From IMG/VR virus record IMGVR_UViG_3300037045_000162, positions 1-41,635 of that record: a stretch of 41,635 nucleotides of DNA; one strand, given 5' to 3'. The position numbers and the translations under genes are program-made. The notes below the pieces were generated by a model. That model saw nothing but the letters and a program-made list of their open reading frames with translations. It made no database searches and was not told the origin of the DNA. Shown here in pieces: positions 35,331 through 41,635 of the stretch. The stretch is from a virus. Taxonomy: Duplodnaviria > Caudoviricetes. Position 1 is the first letter of the stretch. Every line of letters starts with the position of its first letter.

Positions 35331-36914
35331 TCAGGGAGATTCATCTCCTGTTTGGGACAAATCCGGGGCAGTACTAAAATTGAGAGTGATTAGGTTATTA
35401 TTAGGCCCCCTTCGGTGGCTCTGGTGTATAGGCGTAAACTTGGGGGGCATGCAAAAGCTGATCATTCCCTGGACGTTTTTGTTCACCCGTTCGGCGATGA
35501 TGTGGTCTACGAGACCACGAAGGACTGTGCGCTTTGAGTCGATTTCTGCGGCTCGGAGCGCTTTTGTTATTCTGGCAGCTACGTCGGCGAGTTCGTTTTC
35601 CGGGGTGGTTGGTACGCTGTTGAGGTGGGCTTGCTGGGTGAGTAGTTCGGTTTTGCGCTGTTCCAGGCTGGTGAGCTTTTCGAGCATGGCTTGATTATGC
35701 CCGTGGTCTGTGATGGCGTCTATGATTCGGGTGATGCCGGCTTTGACTGTGCCCAGCTCTATGGTCAGTTTGCGTTTCGCTTCTTCGATTTCCACATTCT
35801 CTGTTGATTTGCGGTCGGTGTATTCTTCCTGGATGTTTTTGATGTTTTGGGGGTCGCTGAGGTATCCGGTCAATTCATCGAGGACGACTTTTTCCAGTGT
35901 GCGGCGGGGGATGACGGGGGCTCTGCAGCCACGTTTGAGTTTCATGTTTGAGCAGGCGTAGTAGTGGGCGGTGTGGTTTTTCTTTTTATTTTTGATCGTT
36001 TCGCCATTCATCAGGGCGCCGCATTGGGCACAACGCACCATGCCCGACAGGATGTAGTTGGATGCGATCCGGCGGGGGTGATTCATGTCTTTGGCGCCTT
36101 TTTTCAGGCTGCGGGCAGTATTCAGGTTTTGCACGGTCTGGAAGGTTTCTTCGGAGACCATTGGTTTGACGTAGTCGGTGATGATCTGGTCGCCATAGTG
36201 AAGTTCGCCGCGGTAGATCCTGTTTTGAAAGAAGTGTTTGATGCCGCTGTTGGTGGTGTACAGATTCCCGGTGGCAATGCGGATATCCGTGTAGGATGCG
36301 CCTTTTTCCCGCATTTGCCAGGCAAGGCAGGCACGGTCCCAGGTTTCTGGATCGGGTACCCATTTGTGGACAATGTGAGGTTTGCCATCGCGGTGCGCGC
36401 CGATCTGGATGGGTTCACGCATGAAGCCGCGGGGCGGGGTGCCGGGGACGCCGCCGTATTCGCTGACCAGGTGACGCAGGCCGCGTTTGACGTCGGTGGA
36501 GAGGTCGTCCAGGAAGCGGGCGTTCATCCAGTCGATGGCGGCTTCAAAGAAACGGCCGTCGAGGCCGTCCGGCACGGAGTCTTTCATGCTGAGGATCTGA
36601 TAGCCGCGGCGGCGGAGGTCGGCTTTGTAGAATTGGGCGTCGTCGATGTCGCGGGCGAAGCGGGAGAACTTCCAGATGATGATGCCTTGCTCCTGGGCTG
36701 CGCCTGAGCGGAAGTGGTGCATCATGGCCTGGAAGGCTTCGCGGGCGACGGTTGAGGATCCCGGGCGGGCTTCATCCTTGAAGACGGCGGTGAGGATGTA
36801 GCCTTTTTGAATGCACCAGGCGCGGATCTCTTTTTCCTGCTGTTCGATGGAGAGTTCCTGCTCTTCTCCACCGGAGTCGCGGAGGTAGGCGGCGTAAAGG
36901 GTGTTGGTTGGCAT
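35331..36914 (-). CDS. Large serine recombinase (integrase)
   Basis: YLRDS catalytic Ser, SRFAR, recombinase domain, LSGMVRCAQCG...YYAC zinc ribbon and coiled coil. Confidence 0.95.
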   Translation of the reverse strand: MPTNTLYAAYLRDSGGEEQELSIEQQEKEIRAWCIQKGYILTAVFKDEARPGSSTVAREAFQAMMHHFRSGAAQEQGIIIWKFSRFARDIDDAQFYKADLRRRGYQILSMKDSVPDGLDGRFFEAAIDWMNARFLDDLSTDVKRGLRHLVSEYGGVPGTPPRGFMREPIQIGAHRDGKPHIVHKWVPDPETWDRACLAWQMREKGASYTDIRIATGNLYTTNSGIKHFFQNRIYRGELHYGDQIITDYVKPMVSEETFQTVQNLNTARSLKKGAKDMNHPRRIASNYILSGMVRCAQCGALMNGETIKNKKKNHTAHYYACSNMKLKRGCRAPVIPRRTLEKVVLDELTGYLSDPQNIKNIQEEYTDRKSTENVEIEEAKRKLTIELGTVKAGITRIIDAITDHGHNQAMLEKLTSLEQRKTELLTQQAHLNSVPTTPENELADVAARITKALRAAEIDSKRTVLRGLVDHIIAERVNKNVQGMISFCMPPKFTPIHQSHRRGPNNNLITLNFSTAPDLSQTGDESP

Positions 36915-36964
36915 GATTCTATTGTACGGGAATCTGCGAGGGGTGAAGCATATTTGGTGAGGGT

Positions 36965-37417
36965 TTACGGATATGCAGGTTCATGGCTTTGCATGATCTC
37001 CTGAAAGGTTTGGGCGAGTTCGTCGCGGTAGGGCTGGCGGTAGCCGAGGCTGTTGAGGGTTTGGGTCATGTGGATGTAGGCCTGACAGACGCGGGCGACT
37101 TCGGACGGGTTGTTCTGGTTTTGGTAGTATCTGCAGAGACGGAAGTAGGCGTGGGGGTCGTCGAAGGCGGCGGCAACGAGCTGGTTGTAGAGTTGGGCGG
37201 CCTGGTGGTGCTCGCGGCGGGTTTCGAGGGCGGCGGCCTGGAGCTGGATGTGGTAGAGGCCGCTGAGGATGCGGTCCATTTCGTCGATATAGGGCCGGCT
37301 AGGCACTTGCCTGGGGAGGGTGGGAAGGGTTTTGAGGATGAGGTAGTGGCGGATGCCGGGTTTTTCGTGTTGGAAGATCTCTTCGGCGGGCAAGGGATCG
37401 GGCGGGGATGGCAGCAT
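36965..37417 (-). CDS. TPR-like helical protein
   Basis: AAQLYNQLV...PHAYFRLCRYY...EVARVCQAYI. Confidence 0.6.
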   Translation of the reverse strand: MLPSPPDPLPAEEIFQHEKPGIRHYLILKTLPTLPRQVPSRPYIDEMDRILSGLYHIQLQAAALETRREHHQAAQLYNQLVAAAFDDPHAYFRLCRYYQNQNNPSEVARVCQAYIHMTQTLNSLGYRQPYRDELAQTFQEIMQSHEPAYP

Positions 37418-37468
37418 GGGATGGGGTGTCCCTTTCGATGGTTATCTTTTGTTGGCTGGGTTTCCTTT

Positions 37469-37505
37469 CAATATTGTACAAGATGGCAGGCATCAAAGTG
37501 GTTTA
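37469..37505 (-). promoter_or_regulatory. 37-bp promoter-like element, copy 2
   Basis: 34/37 identical to 1327-1363; -10 TACAAT. Confidence 0.6.
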
Positions 37506-37594
37506 AGGTTGATGGGTTCTTGCTCTTCTCCACCGGAGTCGCGGAGGTAGGCGGCGTAATAGGTGTTGGTTGGCATTCTTTAATTGTACGGGAA
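37493..37594 (-). pseudogene. Duplicated promoter and 5' end of the serine integrase (27-aa remnant)
   Basis: MPTNTYYAAYLRDSGGEEQEPINLKPL*; 39-nt exact match 37521-37559 = 36859-36897, with similarity extending through the TACAAT -10. Confidence 0.85.
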
Positions 37595-37666
37595 GTAAAA
37601 GATACCGTAGCTTATTTTCTGTGATGTCTAATAAAGCGATTGCGATTCGAAAATTGAGAAAACAGA

Positions 37667-38392
37667 TTACAAACTCATGCAAGGCATTGATTTCGGCATA
37701 TTGTTCCAAGTTTTTCCTTCCAGAAGCCTGCCTGCCTTTTTCTTGTTTGTTCCACCCCATTGTTTGAAAAAAAACGGGACTGAATTATCAATGCATTGAT
37801 TCTTGATTTCAATTACCCAGCTTTCTTTAATTGGACGAGAATACGGCCCTGATTCCCCCCCTACAATAACCCAATCAACTCCTTTTAGTTCTAAATTAAC
37901 GATAGGGCCAAGAAGAGGCTCAAGAGATAAGAATTTTATATTTGCATCAGTTTGTCTTAAATGATCAATTCTATAGGTGTATTGCTCTGTCTCTATACTA
38001 ACCCCCATCCAGACATTTGTTGGCCATTCAATTTCCTCGTTCATTTCCAACATGCGCTCGGATCGTTTGGTTAAAACTTGAAATATATGCCAATCTGCCC
38101 GACGCATGGTGTCAAAAACACGCTTGACAAATTCAAGGGGAACATCCTCGTGGAAAAGATCACTCATTGAATTGACAAAAATGAATTGAGGTGTTTTCCA
38201 ACCCAAGGGAATATCTAATGATTTTTCATGGAGGGTGAGGTCGAACCCATTTTCATAGTTTGGGTTTCCCATCGCCTTCAACCGCTTTGCCATACGCTCA
38301 GCGTAACAATTCTGACATCCAGGACTTATCTTTGTACACCCCGTTAATGGATTCCAAGATGAATTGGTCCATTCAATTTTGGATGAAGCCAT
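37667..38392 (-). CDS. DUF5131 / phage Gp37-Gp68 family three-Cys (radical-SAM-like) protein
   Basis: IEWT..WNPLTGCTKISPGCQNCYA, FVNSMSDLFH, LTKR, WVIVGGESG and FFFKQWGG. Confidence 0.93.
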   Translation of the reverse strand: MASSKIEWTNSSWNPLTGCTKISPGCQNCYAERMAKRLKAMGNPNYENGFDLTLHEKSLDIPLGWKTPQFIFVNSMSDLFHEDVPLEFVKRVFDTMRRADWHIFQVLTKRSERMLEMNEEIEWPTNVWMGVSIETEQYTYRIDHLRQTDANIKFLSLEPLLGPIVNLELKGVDWVIVGGESGPYSRPIKESWVIEIKNQCIDNSVPFFFKQWGGTNKKKAGRLLEGKTWNNMPKSMPCMSL

Positions 38393-38421
38393 TTCTGTGT
38401 CTCCAATATACTTTTTGATTC

Positions 38422-38450
38422 ATTATAGTACATTTGTTCTGTTCTGGCAA
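38422..38450 (-). promoter_or_regulatory. Sigma70 promoter with a LexA-type box
   Basis: TTGCCA-17-TATAAT on the minus strand; AGAAC-AAAT-GTACT at 38427-38440. Confidence 0.8.
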
Positions 38451-39542
38451 CTAACTAAATCTAACTATAACACCATCTGGAAAAGAACCTTTTCTTCTCT
38501 TCTTTCCATCTATCTTTAATGGATCTGGAGTAATTTTTCTTTGAAACTCTAAATGACACAACGCTCTTTTCATATGAGTGGCAACATATGGAGTTTCATC
38601 TTCAATATATCTTCGTATGCTTTCTGTATAACACGTTTTGCCTGCGTATTTTCCTATTAACTCATTTGCAAGATTTAAAGATGGATCTAATTCAAAGAGG
38701 ACCAACTGATCTGGATTTGTAGCATCTGAGAATTGATATCCTGATTCTCTATCAACAGACCAAAAAGCCTCTTTCATTTTTACATGCCCCAAGGGATTGT
38801 TGGATGCAAAAAACAGAAAATAAATCGTGCGACCGTATTCATCGCGCATTTCAAAATAGCGAACATAATCTGCAATTTTTTCTAGCTGCCTTTGATACAA
38901 TTTTCTCAATTCTGTGACACGATCACCATCACTATCAATAATATCTAGTACCTCTTCTGTCCCGAATAGATCAACAATATGCTGTTTTGTTGCTTCATTT
39001 GGGTGCTCGAGCCACCTGTTAACAGAATCAACCATAATATTGATAAAGACTTCTGTTTTTGAATTCCCTAATAACCTCTCAGTTAGCTTATAAGGAGCAC
39101 CCTTGAATCCAAAGGGATCAATGAAAGCAAAAGTAGGTGCCATTTGTGAGCCTTTGGACTGCAAGTCATCCAGGATACCGGTTAGCGTGCCTTCAAACTG
39201 ATTATGATGGACAGAAACATGAAATTTTGATGGTGGCCGAAGTTGACTAATTTCCTGTTTCAGGTATTCAATCCGAGCCTCATCTTTTTCAATGAACAAG
39301 AATGTAATTTCCCTGAAATTTGGAAAAGCTCGGTGATTTAGAGCTAAATTTAGCGCAAGAATTGGCGATCCCTCTTCCCCTTCTGCGTAACGCCCAGGAC
39401 CACAAAACCCATCTAGGTATACTATCCTCCCTTGGGTACATCCCATTATGCCAAACCAAGCTCCCAAATAACGACGCAATATATGGTGTTTTGCCAAAGT
39501 ATGTCGTGGAATAGGCCATAATGTTTCTTCTGAAGCCACCAT
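38451..39542 (-). CDS. tcmP: Three-Cys-motif partner protein TcmP (methyltransferase-like)
   Basis: HTLAKHHILRRYLGAW, YLDGFCGPG, GSP and FAFIDPFG motifs; adjacent to DUF5131. Confidence 0.88.
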   Translation of the reverse strand: MVASEETLWPIPRHTLAKHHILRRYLGAWFGIMGCTQGRIVYLDGFCGPGRYAEGEEGSPILALNLALNHRAFPNFREITFLFIEKDEARIEYLKQEISQLRPPSKFHVSVHHNQFEGTLTGILDDLQSKGSQMAPTFAFIDPFGFKGAPYKLTERLLGNSKTEVFINIMVDSVNRWLEHPNEATKQHIVDLFGTEEVLDIIDSDGDRVTELRKLYQRQLEKIADYVRYFEMRDEYGRTIYFLFFASNNPLGHVKMKEAFWSVDRESGYQFSDATNPDQLVLFELDPSLNLANELIGKYAGKTCYTESIRRYIEDETPYVATHMKRALCHLEFQRKITPDPLKIDGKKRRKGSFPDGVIVRFS

Positions 39543-39620
39543 GAAATTCCCTCCAAAGCAAGTATTTTATCAAGTGATCATTAGGAAAAATCACATTCTA
39601 TTTGACATCAATAGACACTT

Positions 39621-40091
39621 TTAATAGTCAAGGTTAGAAAATCCATTTTGCTTGTCGTCTATTGAGGGTTTGATTTTCCATTTAGATAAAACATAGTTAT
39701 TAGCTTCATATTCCGCTTCTTCTTTGTTGGTTTTGTTTTGTGGGTGTTGAAAAAACACATGGGCCAATTCATGAGCCAATAAGAATGCTATGCTTTCTTT
39801 CTTCAGATCATTGCAGAACGGATACCACATTATCCAACTTTTACACCAAGGTTGTGTCGTTGATTTGTGTGTAATAGCCGCAGTATTATAATTGAATGAG
39901 TCATTAACAGGCTTAACCAATATATATTCTAAGAACGTCTCAAGTTTTTCACGATCATCTGCAGGAATTTTTTCCCATACTTCACAGAATATTAAATTAG
40001 CTTTTTCTTTTACTTCTTCAGAGTATGCATTGTTAAAATAAAGAATATGGTCAGCTATCTGTTTTACCATAGGGGGCATCATTTTCTCCAT
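39621..40091 (-). CDS. ImmA/IrrE-like zinc metallopeptidase
   Basis: AFLLAHELAH...EYEAN; the true start is near 40091, since the longer ORF call overlaps the MTase in another frame. Confidence 0.65.
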   Translation of the reverse strand: MEKMMPPMVKQIADHILYFNNAYSEEVKEKANLIFCEVWEKIPADDREKLETFLEYILVKPVNDSFNYNTAAITHKSTTQPWCKSWIMWYPFCNDLKKESIAFLLAHELAHVFFQHPQNKTNKEEAEYEANNYVLSKWKIKPSIDDKQNGFSNLDY

Positions 40092-40114
40092 TGCATTCTT
40101 CTTGGTTATCTCAA

Positions 40115-41635
40115 CTACTCCAGCAGACTCGGCTGCTCGGGACCGGACTTCTTCTGCCGGGGGGCTTGTTTGAAGGTGCCATGCTGCGGGGGCATTTGGA
40201 TCTCTGCGCCCTGGAGCAGTTGTTCGATGGTGAGGATTTGGATGCGGGGGTATTGTTTGCCCCAGGCGATGGATTCGTAGAAGCCGGCGGTGGCTGCTTC
40301 TTTGGTCATGGCGCTGGTGGGTTCTTCGAGGGTGATGAAGACGCCGATGACGGCTTTTTCTCTTTCGATGGTGCCAACGAGGTCCCGGATCTGGGCTGAG
40401 CTGACGTGGCCGGATTTGACCTGGACGATGACTTTTTTGGGCTGGTGGGTGTTGTCGTCGATGATGCTGATGATGCCATCCACGCCGCGGTCGGCGCCTT
40501 TCTTGCCTTGTCTGGATCCCGATTCGCCGCCGGAGGGCCGGGCCTGGACGAGGGAAAGCGCCCACCATTCAAACTGGTGACGATCATCATTGGCCAGTTG
40601 ACGCGCAGCCGAGAGGGTTCCGGGTTCGCCGATGATGTCGAATTTGGCATCCGGGAAGGCGTCGAGGATGCGGTATTTGATGAGGGCCACGGCCAGGTGG
40701 GTGATGTCGATGCCGATCCATTGGCGGCCGAGGGCCTGGGCGGCGGCCACAGCGGTGCCGCAGCCGCAGAAGGGGTCAAGGACAACGTCCCCGGGGTTGG
40801 AAGAAGCCTGGATGATGCGCTCGAGAAGTTCCTGGGGTTTTTGGGTGGGGTAGCCGAGGCGCTCAGAGGCAAGATTGTGTATCGGTGAAATATTATTCCA
40901 CACATCTTGCAGTGGGACACCGGGCATATCTTCAGGGTATTGCTTTAATCTGGGAACGCCACCTTCTTTTTGAGGCCAGTGTATTTTTCCTTGCTTATCT
41001 AGTTCGTTTAGTGTGTCTGGAACATACATCCAATGTCGTCCTTTTGCGGTGACATCAATACCCTTCCAAATATTTCCGCTAGGTCCCTTGCTTATCCCTG
41101 CTCCTGTTAAGTCTGCTCTCTTGTAGCGTTTTCCATTTTCGTCAACAGAATCAAAGAAGGTCTCTATATATTCATTTTCATATGGTGCATATTGGGGATT
41201 CCAAGTAAAACTATCCGACTTCGTGTAGAAAAACAGTATGTCGTGAACAGAGCCGTATTTTTTTGCAGAACTATGAGCGCTCGTTCTTTTCCAGACAATT
41301 TCATTCCTGAAATTTTGGACGCCGAAAATAGTATCCAGCACAACCTTCAAATAGTGGCTGGCGGTGGGATCACAGTGCAGGTAAAGCGAGCCAGTGGGTT
41401 TGAGGACGCGGTGAAGCTCCACCAGGCGGACGGTCATCATCACCAGGTAGGCCATCATCTGGTTGGGGCCGATGAAGCTGCGCAGGGCGGCGATCATTTC
41501 GGACACGACGGCTGAGGTGGGGGTTCGGCTTTGGCCGGTGACCAGTTCGGTGTAGATGCGCTCGGTTTCGGTGTCCCAGTGCCAGGTGTCTTCAAAGGCG
41601 GTCATTTGGGCCTGGGATTCTGCGCCGGTTTCTTC
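40115..41635 (-). CDS. DNA methyltransferase (beta class) with a C-terminal Mrr-like nuclease domain; 5' end at 201-329
   Basis: YPTQKP and [13 protein letters not shown] motif; ADRGVDG...IVQVKSG Mrr_cat. Confidence 0.92.
   Translation of the reverse strand, partial: EETGAESQAQMTAFEDTWHWDTETERIYTELVTGQSRTPTSAVVSEMIAALRSFIGPNQMMAYLVMMTVRLVELHRVLKPTGSLYLHCDPTASHYLKVVLDTIFGVQNFRNEIVWKRTSAHSSAKKYGSVHDILFFYTKSDSFTWNPQYAPYENEYIETFFDSVDENGKRYKRADLTGAGISKGPSGNIWKGIDVTAKGRHWMYVPDTLNELDKQGKIHWPQKEGGVPRLKQYPEDMPGVPLQDVWNNISPIHNLASERLGYPTQKPQELLERIIQASSNPGDVVLDPFCGCGTAVAAAQALGRQWIGIDITHLAVALIKYRILDAFPDAKFDIIGEPGTLSAARQLANDDRHQFEWWALSLVQARPSGGESGSRQGKKGADRGVDGIISIIDDNTHQPKKVIVQVKSGHVSSAQIRDLVGTIEREKAVIGVFITLEEPTSAMTKEAATAGFYESIAWGKQYPRIQILTIEQLLQGAEIQMPPQHGTFKQAPRQKKSGPEQPSLLE
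41436..41635. repeat. Terminal direct repeat, right copy
   Basis: Matches 1-200 with 4 mismatches. Confidence 0.95.

Noticed and set aside
35395-35440. Possible attP within the integrase 3' end (TTAGGCC...GGCGTAA)
   Set aside because: Only a weak 6/7 inverted match with no convincing central dinucleotide symmetry; it cannot be supported without attL/attR.
40092-40568. N-terminal extension of the 315-aa ORF 39621-40568
   Set aside because: It overlaps the MTase-Mrr gene in another frame; the real peptidase gene starts near 40091.

Overview
The window looks like a nearly complete, circularly permuted temperate siphophage or prophage genome of about 41.4 kb. Positions 1-200 recur at 41436-41635 with 4 mismatches, and the join falls inside a DNA methyltransferase gene. 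A Chloroflexota (Anaerolineae-like) host is inferred from Pro/Thr-rich linkers, GAAC-N4-GTAC LexA-type boxes and a strong G skew; this is not proven. The gene order is: leftward immunity and accessory arm (DUF4236/DUF3761 membrane protein, DUF3467-antitoxin-PIN triad, HTH repressor); divergent RHH regulators and early genes; a Xer-like tyrosine recombinase with an adjacent symmetric dif-like site; a DnaD-type initiator with iterons; a low-GC defence-like island (2TM-DUF5919, Ser/Thr kinase interrupted by an IS66/ISBst12 element, HEPN-like protein, Mrr-like nuclease); lysis genes; HNH, terminases and HK97-type head; a methyltransferase/glycosyltransferase module directly after the capsid gene; a non-contractile tail with a -1 frameshift chaperone; tail fibres; a large serine integrase; and a second accessory block (TPR-like, DUF5131+TcmP, ImmA-like protease, MTase-Mrr). 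Highlights: (1) a candidate virion glycosylation/methylation system, with capsid, tail tube and head-closure proteins all ending in Gly-Ser; (2) an SOS-box promoter firing antisense into a non-self-cleaving repressor; (3) a phage-borne Xer/dif-like resolution pair; (4) a tripartite DUF3467-antitoxin-PIN module; (5) accessory cassettes repeatedly bracketed by duplicated fragments of core genes or promoters. All family assignments come from motif recognition by eye, not database searches.
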